Positions 1 to 8,099 of a stretch of DNA of 52,841 nt are shown here, piece by piece; positions within the stretch are counted from its first letter, which is position 1, and each line of letters starts with the position of its first letter. Below the pieces are notes generated by a model that saw nothing but the letters and a program-made list of their open reading frames with translations, searched no databases and was not told the DNA's origin. The stretch comes from Rhodobacterales bacterium. Its GTDB lineage: Bacteria > Pseudomonadota > Alphaproteobacteria > Rhodobacterales > Rhodobacteraceae. The stretch spans positions 1-52,841 of the forward strand of contig JANMCI010000126.1 in the NCBI GenBank assembly GCA_031361245.1, read 5' to 3'. Made by a program: the position numbers and the translations under genes.

Positions 1-156
1 AGCCACCCAGGTCATGGCGGGATCAAACCAGCCTTACGGCGATTGCAGGCAATCGCCTGCCGGCCAACGGATCGTCAGCGAGCCGCGGCGCTTGAGCGCT
101 TCATTATAGGCGGGCCAGTTCCGGGTCTTGTAGCCGGGGGGTGTGGGTCTGCTCAG
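1..156 (-). pseudogene. Inactivated IS903-group transposase, 5' part
   Basis: The start position (154-156) reads CTG rather than ATG. A 39-nt in-frame insert (31-69) lies between ..SLTI and WFDP.. and carries an in-frame TAA at 34-36. Confidence 0.85.
31..69. repeat. 39-bp palindromic element inserted in the transposase
   Basis: Perfect 9-bp inverted repeat GGCGATTGC (38-46), AG, GCAATCGCC (49-57). Removing 31-69 restores the LTIWFDP motif. Confidence 0.8.
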
Positions 157-219
157 GCAGCACAGCTGCCACGCTGGATTCACGAGATGAATCCCTCACG
201 CGATTTGTGCAACAGAGCC

Positions 220-597
220 GTTCTGGCCGAAAAGAGCGACAAACGGCTTGACGTCTATTGCCCCGACCGATTGCGCCTATTCGTTGCCTCGATTCAAAAG
301 ACTGGTGCCCACCTGCTGCCCAAGAACCTAACCCAAGCCTTGGGCTACTCGTCGGTTGAGAAGGGCTTTCGCGCTTGGCGTTCCACGCTCGGCGATGAGG
401 CCAAGCCCTTCACTCTTCATGGCTTGCGCAAACTGGCAATCGTTCAGCTGGCCGAGGCCGGATGCAGTGACGCCGAAATACAGGCAGTCACCAACCAGTC
501 ACCCACTACGGTGGCCTACTACCGCCAGGAGGCTAGCCGCCTAAAGCTATCAAAGACGGCGCAGATTCGCCGGGACCAGAACAGAAACGAAACGTGA
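220..597 (+). pseudogene. Tyrosine recombinase/integrase C-terminal remnant, interrupted by the IS
   Basis: FTLHGLRK (HxxR box) ... LAEAGCSDAEIQAVTNQS...VAYY (catalytic Tyr region). The frame abuts the IS end at 219 and stops 85 bp from the tRNA 3' end. Confidence 0.85.
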
Positions 598-682
598 AAG
601 TGGGCTCACGCTGTGGGCTGCGACAATCTGCGGGCGATACAAAAGGAGAGTGGAAATGCAGAAAAATTATGTAAAATCAATG

Positions 683-766
683 TGGTGCCCGAGGTCGGAC
701 TCGAACCGACATGCCTCGCGGCGGAGGATTTTGAGTCCTCTGCGTCTACCATTCCACCACTCGGGC
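683..766 (-). tRNA. tRNA-Leu(CAA)
   Basis: GCCCGAGTGGTGGAATGGTAGACGCAGAGGACTCAAAATCCTCCGCCGCGAGGCATGTCGGTTCGAGTCCGACCTCGGGCACCA: acceptor stem, anticodon stem GAGGA/TCCTC with CAA, long variable arm, TTCGA T-loop, encoded CCA. Confidence 0.98.
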
Positions 767-852
767 CACAGGCCGCTTCCTAACCGCCCGGACAAACCAC
801 GTCAACACCGTAGGTTGGGGCATGCCCCGACTCTGCTAAAGGCTTCCCTCTC

Positions 853-1722
853 CTACAGGCTTCCCTCGGCGAACGTGTCGCAATCATTCAGCAGCCCCGA
901 CCTCAGCCCGACCTGAAACCATTGCGACCGCTGGGCGCTGGTGCCGTGGGTAAAGCTGTCGGGCATCGGCACCCGTCCGGCATTGCGCTGCAAGGTGTCG
1001 TCGCCGATTTGGCGCGCGGCATTGATCGCTTCGTCGAAATCGCCCTTTTCGATGGCGCCGAACTGGTCCTTCACACCGCGCGCCCAGATCCCGGCCAGAC
1101 AATCCGCCTGCAATTCGATGCGAACCGAGATGGCGTTGCTTTCCTCTTCGGACACACGGGCGCGGACCTCGTTGGCCTGTTCCAGAATGCCCAGACTGTC
1201 CTGCACATGATGCCCGATCTCGTGGGCAACGACATAGGCCATGGCAAAATCGCCCTTGGCGCCCAGCTCCCGCGCCATCGTGGTGAAAAACTCGGTGTCC
1301 AGATAGACCTTCTTGTCACCCGGGCAGTAAAACGGCCCCGTTGCCCCCGAGGCCGTGCCGCAGGGCGACCGCGTCACCCCCTTGTACAGCACCATCGTTG
1401 CCGGGTCATAGGCTTGGCCAACCTGCTCGTTGAAGACACCGGCCCAGATGTCCTCGGTATAAGCCAGGGTGACGCTGGCAAACTCGCCCGCCGCCTTGTC
1501 CGCTTCGGTGATCGGCCCCGCCTCCGACGACACGACCTCGCCGCCGTTCATCCCGTTCAGCAGGGGCGACAGGTCAATGCCAAGAAACCAGCCAACCACG
1601 ACAATGGCCACCAGCCCAAGCCCGCCACCGGCCGAAACGACACCGCGCCGGCCACCACCCGAGCCGCCCGCGCTGCGCCGGTCCTCGATATTGCTGCTTT
1701 GCCGCCGTCCACGCCATTCCAT
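853..1722 (-). CDS. Neutral zinc metallopeptidase (YpfJ-like)
   Basis: N-terminal RRQSSNIEDRR, one TM helix, CG..GPFYCP, AHEIGHHVQ (HExxH), ELQADCLAG, SFTHGTSAQR. Confidence 0.93.
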   Translation of the reverse strand: MEWRGRRQSSNIEDRRSAGGSGGGRRGVVSAGGGLGLVAIVVVGWFLGIDLSPLLNGMNGGEVVSSEAGPITEADKAAGEFASVTLAYTEDIWAGVFNEQVGQAYDPATMVLYKGVTRSPCGTASGATGPFYCPGDKKVYLDTEFFTTMARELGAKGDFAMAYVVAHEIGHHVQDSLGILEQANEVRARVSEEESNAISVRIELQADCLAGIWARGVKDQFGAIEKGDFDEAINAARQIGDDTLQRNAGRVPMPDSFTHGTSAQRSQWFQVGLRSGLLNDCDTFAEGSL

Positions 1723-1849
1723 CGCAATCTCCCTACCGCTGACAACTCCAACCTATCCATCCGGGTTCCCACCCGGAAGGAAAATCTCGCAAGGCTTGAC
1801 CTTCCCGGCCGGCCATGGCCAAAGAAGGCCAGCAAACCGGGGACACGCC

Positions 1850-2434
1850 ATGTTCAGCAGGCTCACGCAATGGACGAGGGAATGGGTCGGATCGCCCCAT
1901 GCCGACCGGGCCCTTGCCCTGATCTCGGTCATCGAAAGCTCGATCTTTCCCCTGCCGACCGAAGTGCTGTTCATCCCGATGTGCCTGACCCGGCCGGATC
2001 GGGCCATGCGCTACGCCGTCATTGCCGCGATCGGTTCGGTCCTTGGCGGCATCATCGGCTGGACCATCGGCTACTACTTCTTTGACATCATCGCCCTGCC
2101 GATCCTCGAATTCTACGGCGGGGTTGCCAAGTTCGAAGAGCTGAAGGCCGCCACAGGCACCGGCACGATCCTGTTGTTGCTGGTCACCTCGGGTCTTGCC
2201 CATCTGCCCCCGATGAAGGTGGTGACAATCCTGTCCGGCGTGGTCGGCTTCAGCCTGCCGCTGTTCATCCTTGCCGCCGTGGTGGCGCGGGGGGCCAAGT
2301 TTCTGGCCCTCGGCTGGGCGCTCAAGTCCTATGGCCCGGCTATCGCAGAGGTGATCCACCGCCACCTTGTAACCTTCTCGGTTGCCGTGCTTGTGGCAGG
2401 AACTGCCTTCATGCTCGTCAGGCACTATATTTGA
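1850..2434 (+). CDS. YqaA/DedA (VTT-domain) membrane protein
   Basis: ESSIFPLPTEVL and GSVLGGIIGWTIGY motifs. Start placed at ATG 1850 (MFSRL). Confidence 0.88.
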   Translation: MFSRLTQWTREWVGSPHADRALALISVIESSIFPLPTEVLFIPMCLTRPDRAMRYAVIAAIGSVLGGIIGWTIGYYFFDIIALPILEFYGGVAKFEELKAATGTGTILLLLVTSGLAHLPPMKVVTILSGVVGFSLPLFILAAVVARGAKFLALGWALKSYGPAIAEVIHRHLVTFSVAVLVAGTAFMLVRHYI

Positions 2435-2441
2435 GGCCCCG

Positions 2442-2924
2442 ATGTCACGCACCCAACTGATCGCCCTCGCCGCCCTCGGCTCTGCCGCCCTTCTGGCCGG
2501 GGCGTTTGCGTTCCAGTATCTCGGCGGCCTGGCACCCTGCCATCTGTGCCTGCAGCAGCGTTATCCGCATGGCGCGGCCGTGGTGATCGGCGTTCTGGCC
2601 ATTCTGATCCCCGCCGGGCTGACCGGCCGCCTTCTGCCGTGGCTCGGCGCGCTTGCCGCCCTGACCACCGCCGGTCTCGGTGCCTATCATACCGGGGTCG
2701 AGCGGCATTGGTGGGAGGGTCCCTCGACCTGCACCTCGGGCTCCATCATCGGCATCGACGCCAAGGACCTGCTGGCGCAGATTCAGGCCGCTCCGGTCGT
2801 GCAATGCGATCAGGTGGCGTGGCAGATGATCGGGCTTTCCATGGCTTCATGGAACATGCTGGCCTCGCTCGCACTCGCCGTTCTGTGGGTTTTGGCGGCG
2901 CGCAAGGCTGCGCAGACGGGTTAA
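2442..2924 (+). CDS. dsbB: Disulfide bond formation protein B
   Basis: Four hydrophobic helices, PCHLCLQQR (CxxC..QR), YHTGVE, and a second Cys pair (STCT, VQCD). Confidence 0.9.
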   Translation: MSRTQLIALAALGSAALLAGAFAFQYLGGLAPCHLCLQQRYPHGAAVVIGVLAILIPAGLTGRLLPWLGALAALTTAGLGAYHTGVERHWWEGPSTCTSGSIIGIDAKDLLAQIQAAPVVQCDQVAWQMIGLSMASWNMLASLALAVLWVLAARKAAQTG

Positions 2925-2935
2925 TTTCAGGTTAA
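2920..2935 (-). promoter_or_regulatory. CtrA-box consensus match
   Basis: Minus strand TTAA-CCTGAAA-TTAAC equals TTAA-N7-TTAAC; a third TTAA lies at 2945-2948. Confidence 0.55.
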
Positions 2936-3021
2936 TGGAAACCGTTAAACTATTGCTTTTGCATTGAAAAACACGGTGTCGTCAAAAGCGACATCTTGGC
3001 GACATTGCCCGGAGTCTGCGC

Positions 3022-4185
3022 TCACAGCAGCCTCTCCCCCTCGGACAGGGCAAAGCGGTCCGTCATCCCCGCAACATAGTCGCAGACAATCCGCGCCAGA
3101 GCCGTCTCGCTCTCCGCCCGCGCCACATCGGGCTGCCATTCGGTGGGCAATAGGTCGGGCCGGGTCATGTACAGCGGGAAAAGGCCATTGATCACCGCCG
3201 TGACCCTGGCCCTCTCGGTCATCACTGACGGGGCGCGGTACATGCGGACATAAAGGAACGACTTGATCGCCTTCAACTCCTGAAACAGCGGCTTGGAAAA
3301 GCGGATCACGGTCGTGCCCATCGCCCTGATCTCCTCGACCGAGGCCGGCCGGGCGGCGTCAAGCCGGTTGCGGGCCACCGCGATGACATCCTCGACCATC
3401 CTGCCAAAGACCCGCCGCAGCGCCTCATGCCGCCGCCGCATCTTTTCCAGACCGGGATACAGCGCGTCGACCTCGGCAAAAGCCGGGCCGGTGATCGGCA
3501 GGTCCATCAGATCCGCCTCGTCAAACAGGCCCGACCGCAGCCCATCGTGAAGATCGTGGTGGTTATAGGCGACGTCATCCGCGATAGCAGCCACCTGCGC
3601 CTCGGCACTTGCGTAGGTGCCCAGTTCCAGATCCCACTGCGCGTTGACCTCGGCCAAGGCATAGCTCAACGGCGGCTCGACGGGTCCCCCGTTCGGCTGC
3701 GGCCGAACAATCGGACCATTGTGCTTGGCGATGCCCTCCAATGTCTCCCAAGTCAGGTTCAGCCCGTCAAAGTCGGCGTAATGCCGCTCCAGGCGCGTGA
3801 CGATCCTGAGGGCCTGCGCGTTGTGGTCAAACCCGCCATAAGGCGCCATCAGCGCCTCCATCGCATCCTCGCCGGTATGGCCAAACGGGGTGTGGCCCAG
3901 ATCATGCGCCAGTGCCACCGCCTCGGCGAGGTCCGTGTTCAGCCCCAGCACCCCGGCAATGGTGCGAGCGACCTGCGCCACCTCGATCGTGTGGGTCAGC
4001 CGGGTGCGGTAATAGTCGCCCTCGTGTTCGACAAAGACCTGCGTCTTGTGTTTCAGCCGCCGGAAGGCGCTGGAATGGATGATCCGGTCGCGATCACGCT
4101 GAAAGGGCGAGCGAAACGACGACACTCGCTCCCCATGCAACCGCCCGCGTGAGGCGTCTGGGTGACAGGCATAGGGGGCAAGCAT
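3022..4185 (-). CDS. dgt: Deoxyguanosinetriphosphate triphosphohydrolase (HD domain)
   Basis: RSPFQRDRDRIIHSSAFRRLKHKTQVF, RTRLTHTIEV, AHDLGHTPFGH, DYVAGMTD. Confidence 0.96.
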   Translation of the reverse strand: MLAPYACHPDASRGRLHGERVSSFRSPFQRDRDRIIHSSAFRRLKHKTQVFVEHEGDYYRTRLTHTIEVAQVARTIAGVLGLNTDLAEAVALAHDLGHTPFGHTGEDAMEALMAPYGGFDHNAQALRIVTRLERHYADFDGLNLTWETLEGIAKHNGPIVRPQPNGGPVEPPLSYALAEVNAQWDLELGTYASAEAQVAAIADDVAYNHHDLHDGLRSGLFDEADLMDLPITGPAFAEVDALYPGLEKMRRRHEALRRVFGRMVEDVIAVARNRLDAARPASVEEIRAMGTTVIRFSKPLFQELKAIKSFLYVRMYRAPSVMTERARVTAVINGLFPLYMTRPDLLPTEWQPDVARAESETALARIVCDYVAGMTDRFALSEGERLL

Positions 4186-4250
4186 CGGACCTCACAAAGC
4201 GACTCGTCCCTTTATACCGGCCTTGGCCCGCTCCACCATAGCCACCCGGC

Positions 4251-4279
4251 CTTGCCCCACAAGGACCGCGGACCTATAT
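4251..4279 (+). promoter_or_regulatory. Possible RpoH (sigma32)-type promoter for erpA
   Basis: CTTG-N18-CCTATAT, 25 bp upstream of the ATG; resembles the alphaproteobacterial CTTG-N17/18-CYTATNT consensus. Confidence 0.45.
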
Positions 4280-4304
4280 TGACACAAATCACAGGACCAG
4301 CCCC

Positions 4305-4631
4305 ATGAACCTGCCGCCCAAAGTAACCGACCGCGCCTATGCCCGTCTGGCAGAGATTGCCCGCCTGACCGGTCAGACCCGCGCCCTGCGCGTCGCGGTC
4401 GAAGGGGGCGGCTGCTCGGGCTTCCAATACGACATCAAGCTTGATGACCCGCAGGCCGATGACCTCGTCCTCGAACGGTCGGGTCAAAAGGTTCTTGTCG
4501 ATGCCGTCTCCCTGCCCTTTCTGTCCGGTGCCGTGATTGATTTCTCCCAAGAATTGATCGGCGCCCGGTTCATCATCGAAAACCCGAACGCCAGCAGTTC
4601 TTGCGGCTGTGGTACATCGTTTTCGATCTGA
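4305..4631 (+). CDS. erpA: A-type Fe-S cluster carrier (HesB/IscA/ErpA)
   Basis: VEGGGCSGFQY and NPNASSSCGCGTSF. Confidence 0.93.
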   Translation: MNLPPKVTDRAYARLAEIARLTGQTRALRVAVEGGGCSGFQYDIKLDDPQADDLVLERSGQKVLVDAVSLPFLSGAVIDFSQELIGARFIIENPNASSSCGCGTSFSI

Positions 4632-4634
4632 CCC

Positions 4635-6761
4635 TCAAAACGTCAGCGTGCGCAGCAGGGACGGCATGACGTTCATGTCGATCCAGTAGTTCGTGTGCCC
4701 TCCCCGCGGCACCGGCACTTCCCTTGGCCAACCCGTCCCGGCATTCGGCACCCCTTCATGGCGCCTGGTGTCGATATGCGTGCCCACGAAGTCGTCGACC
4801 CGAAAGATGTTGACCCAGTCCGTCAAAAGCCCGCCCGCGTCCCGATGCTGCAGCGTCGGCCGACTGCGAAGATCGGCAAATAGCGAGGGGAAATAGGTGT
4901 TGTAGATGTGGATATAGGGCGAACCCATGGTCACCAGCTTCAGCGCCGCGCCTTGCGGCAGGCATTTCATCCACTTCTCCCCTTGCGCCTCGATGACGTC
5001 GAGCGCGATCATGGTGCCCTGGCTGTGGGACACTATGACGATCTCGTCGGGGGTCTCGTCCCGGATCAGCGTTTCCATCAGCACCTGCATCCGGCTATGG
5101 ATCCGGTCGCGCAACCAATAGCCCTGCCGCTTGGTCTCGATGCCCCGTCGCATCCGCAGCGCATGCTCTGTCAGCGTCTTTGCCTGGTTGCCCATCTCGC
5201 GGGAACGCCAGGAATAGTCGTTAAGATAGACCAGAACATCGGTGAAAATCGCCACACCAGTCGCAAGCCCCCGGCGGCCGACGATTGCAAGAAGAATCGC
5301 TATCCCTCCGACTGCAGCGATCAGCGACGGGATCAGCCCGTCATTCCACGCCAGAATGTCCGAGCAGGTCAGGGACGGAAGGACCCGGCATCCCGTCACA
5401 TTGGCAACCAGACCCATCACCACCATGGTTGCCGTGAACAGCGTCAACACGACCAACAGAGCACGGCCCACGATCAGCCGATGCCGCTCCGCCAGATCGT
5501 CGCGGTGTCGGAAGTAATCGTGAATCGGCATCTTGTCGAACGCCGCGCCCTTGCGCACGTGCAGCGCAAGCCCTACCGCGCTCAGAACCACCAGCGCAAA
5601 AATGGCAGGTGTCACCAAGCGCAGGCTGGCATGGACCATCGTGATGTCAAGTCCCTCGGGCAGAGTGAACCCTCGCGTTTCCTGTACTACCCAATGAATC
5701 AGCAGGATCAGCGACCAGAACGCCACCATCATCACGAACCACAAGATCGTCATCAGTGCGATGGCCTGTTGCACCAGTGGCGGGACCGAGCCTCGTTCAG
5801 GGAACCAGCCTTTCCCCCACGCGGCAATCTGGATGACCATGGCGCTCAATATCGTGACGGCCCAAGCCAGCATCATCGTTCCCATCAACACCAAGCCCGG
5901 AACGACAAAACCCGTGGTTGCAAGGGTGCAGGTGCTGCCCAGTGGCCTGCAAGCGCCCGCAAAGACGATCGGCCCGGCCAAGTGCATCATCCCTTCCACT
6001 ACATCGGGCGCGATGGCCTGCAGGGCCACAACTCCAAGCACCATCGCGCCAATCGCAACCAGCCAACTCAACAAATGGCGCAACAGAAAAACCTGAGCCC
6101 TTCGCAACCCCAGCCATCCCACCGACACCGCCCCAAGGCCCAATACAGATTGAAGGACGAGGGGCGCCATCTCGGGAAGGGGAATTGCCACCGAGTGGCG
6201 ATCGGGAACTGGCAAGCCGCGTCCGTTCAATCCATGGACCACCAAGGTCAGAACCAATCCGGCGATCAGCACGATATTGATGGCGGCAATTGGTCCATGG
6301 ATGATCAGCGCCGCCACGCGAGCCAACCGTCGCATCCAGACTGCGCGCGACGATGCTCCGGGAAAGACGTCCATCGCGTTTTCGCGGATTGCATGCGACA
6401 AGCCCAATACGATCTTGATCAGGCCAAACAGGGTCCGGAACAGGCCGAGCCCGGTCCCCGAAATGTCGCCCCAGAAGTAGTCGGCGATGACCCTTTCTTG
6501 ACGGACCCTTGTCGGATCGGCAGAATCATAGCGGCGAAACCGGCGCAAATGGGCAGGAAAGATCGACAGCAGCGCTCCTTGGGCAAAGCGCTCGTCTTCA
6601 TGCAAAAAGAAGTCATCCGTTGAATGTGGCCGCCATGGTTGTTCTACTGCAGCCCGTTCGGGGGATAGATCGCCACCCAAGGCCGCCGAGAGATGCCCTG
6701 TCACCACGCCAGCATCACGGACCCCCACCCCGTGCACCACCACGATCAACTGCTTTGTCAT
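4635..6761 (-). CDS. Polytopic membrane protein with a split alpha/beta-hydrolase domain (about 708 aa)
   Basis: N-terminal IVVVHGVG, about 8 hydrophobic segments, then IVSHSQG (nucleophile elbow), LVTMGSP, WVNIFRVDDFVG, GHTNYW. Start placed at MTKQL. Confidence 0.8.
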   Translation of the reverse strand: MTKQLIVVVHGVGVRDAGVVTGHLSAALGGDLSPERAAVEQPWRPHSTDDFFLHEDERFAQGALLSIFPAHLRRFRRYDSADPTRVRQERVIADYFWGDISGTGLGLFRTLFGLIKIVLGLSHAIRENAMDVFPGASSRAVWMRRLARVAALIIHGPIAAINIVLIAGLVLTLVVHGLNGRGLPVPDRHSVAIPLPEMAPLVLQSVLGLGAVSVGWLGLRRAQVFLLRHLLSWLVAIGAMVLGVVALQAIAPDVVEGMMHLAGPIVFAGACRPLGSTCTLATTGFVVPGLVLMGTMMLAWAVTILSAMVIQIAAWGKGWFPERGSVPPLVQQAIALMTILWFVMMVAFWSLILLIHWVVQETRGFTLPEGLDITMVHASLRLVTPAIFALVVLSAVGLALHVRKGAAFDKMPIHDYFRHRDDLAERHRLIVGRALLVVLTLFTATMVVMGLVANVTGCRVLPSLTCSDILAWNDGLIPSLIAAVGGIAILLAIVGRRGLATGVAIFTDVLVYLNDYSWRSREMGNQAKTLTEHALRMRRGIETKRQGYWLRDRIHSRMQVLMETLIRDETPDEIVIVSHSQGTMIALDVIEAQGEKWMKCLPQGAALKLVTMGSPYIHIYNTYFPSLFADLRSRPTLQHRDAGGLLTDWVNIFRVDDFVGTHIDTRRHEGVPNAGTGWPREVPVPRGGHTNYWIDMNVMPSLLRTLTF

Positions 6762-6899
6762 GATCAATCCGCATCTGGGTCGAACGCCAATCGGGTACAA
6801 TCGACTGCGGGTATCCTTGCACGGATTGGAGCCATTTTCTATCCGTTTCAGGTGAAGATTCACGTCACCGCTCGGCCAAGGGTTGTTCTGACCCGATCA

Positions 6900-7246
6900 A
6901 TTCACTCACTTACCTGATTTGGTTCATGAACGGGCCTTCCACATCCATTTCGAGACCCCCATCCTGGCGGTGCAGGCCCGGTCGCAACCTCAGATAACTC
7001 CTGCCTGTTAACTCAGCGTGAAAGGCCCGGTCAGCCGCATAAATATCGTGACCTCGGGCGAGACATCGCCGTGACGCCCAGACAGATGCAAGGCTAACCC
7101 TTTGCGCTGAACTGAAAGATAACGCGAAAAACCCAACTCGAAGCGAAGCTCGATATCGACAGCAAAGCTCGAGTAATCCACATAGATTCCCGCGCCGGAA
7201 CCGCATCCAATCTCAGCGGGATCGGGCAGGTCAGGGTCATTTTCAT
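6900..7246 (-). pseudogene. Glyoxalase/bleomycin-resistance (VOC) family pseudogene
   Basis: GGAG RBS and ATG at 7246. Joining three frames gives MKMTLTCPIPLRLDAVPARE / YVDYSSFAVDIELRFELGFSRYLSVQRKGLALHLSGRHGDVSPEVTIFMRLT / AFHAELTGRSYLRLRPGLHRQDGGLEMDVEGPFMNQIR*. Frameshifts near 7186 and 7027. Confidence 0.75.
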
Positions 7247-7355
7247 CGCGAACTCCGACCTAGAATAAAAGCCTGCCACATCGGCCAGAGTCGTGAAACC
7301 TGCTGGCAATGGCCGACATTCCCGCTATCTAAAAGTCAGACAAGGGAGAGCCCGC

Positions 7356-8051
7356 ATGACCAACCTTCTGATGTTAGGCTCCGCTCCAATGGTTGCACAA
7401 GCCCACGATTGGCCTCGCGCGCCCTTTGACCATATCCTCGCCATTAACAACGCCTATCTGATCCGCCCCGACTGGGACTACATGATTCATCCATGGGACT
7501 TCCCCGAAAACCGCCGTCCCGTCCCCGGTTCCAGCCAACGCCTGATCACACAAGAGGAGTTCGTACCAGCCCAGAATGCCTATGGCGGCTTTGTGTATGC
7601 AGGCGGCACCATGGCCTATACTGCGGCCTATTGGGCGCTGGATGCTTTGCGTCCCGACGTGATTGCAGTCTTTGGCTGCGATATGCATTATCCTGCGACG
7701 GGCCCAACGCATTTCTACGGCAAGGGCACTCCCGATCCGCTCCGGGCCGACATCACACTGCGCTCGCTTGAAGCGAAGTCAGCCCGCCTGATGATCCTTG
7801 CCGCCATGCAGGGCTGTGCCATGGTCAACTTGTCTAGCGGCCCCTCGCGGCTGATCTTCCCGCGCGCCACTCGGACCGCCCTTCCTGGCCCTGCTCCATT
7901 CAATCAAGCTCTCGCCCATCAGGCGCTGCAGGCAGAGCGAGAACTGGACTATGTTGTGCCGTCTGGCCGGTACTGGGAAGAAGCCGAACGACTCGACGTG
8001 GCGCAGATCGACGCATTGGATGCCCTCTGGCTTGCCGCCGCCAATCCCTGA
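7356..8051 (+). CDS. Hypothetical protein; possible sialyltransferase/MptE/Maf-like Rossmann fold
   Basis: GGGAGAG RBS. Motif series LMLGSAP, ILAINNA, PDWDY, GGTMAYTAAYWAL, IAVFGCDMHY, THFYG. Confidence 0.7.
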   Translation: MTNLLMLGSAPMVAQAHDWPRAPFDHILAINNAYLIRPDWDYMIHPWDFPENRRPVPGSSQRLITQEEFVPAQNAYGGFVYAGGTMAYTAAYWALDALRPDVIAVFGCDMHYPATGPTHFYGKGTPDPLRADITLRSLEAKSARLMILAAMQGCAMVNLSSGPSRLIFPRATRTALPGPAPFNQALAHQALQAERELDYVVPSGRYWEEAERLDVAQIDALDALWLAAANP

Positions 8052-8099
8052 CTTGCCCCCTCCCTGCCGCTCTGTCTAAATGCAGCAAAGGGAACCGCC

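Larger units (their letters stand above)
1..219 (-). mobile_element. IS5-family (IS903 group) insertion sequence, left end only; continues off the window edge
   Basis: The minus strand from 219 begins GGCTCTGTTGCACAAATC, similar to the IS903 terminal IR GGCTTTGTTGAATAAATC. It is followed by a frame reading (L)SRPTPPGYKTRNWPAYNEALKRRGSLTI..WFDPAMTW, the typical IS903-group transposase N-terminus. Confidence 0.88.

Noticed and set aside
43-597. 184-aa ORF as an intact integrase
   Set aside because: The first 59 codons are the antisense strand of the IS. Only 220-597 is integrase, so the ORF is a chimera.
922-2085. 387-aa plus-strand ORF
   Set aside because: It is an antisense shadow of the metallopeptidase running out of frame into the DedA gene, with no motifs.
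3022-4185. dGTPase as an anti-phage defence gene
   Set aside because: It is the housekeeping-type dgt in its usual position divergent from erpA, with no defence-island context.
4908-6623. 571-aa plus-strand ORF
   Set aside because: It is antisense to the membrane hydrolase; its H/Q/R-rich composition is typical of a shadow of hydrophobic codons.
6910-7309. ORFs 6910..7206 and 7094..7309 as separate genes
   Set aside because: Each contains only a fragment of the frameshifted glyoxalase pseudogene.
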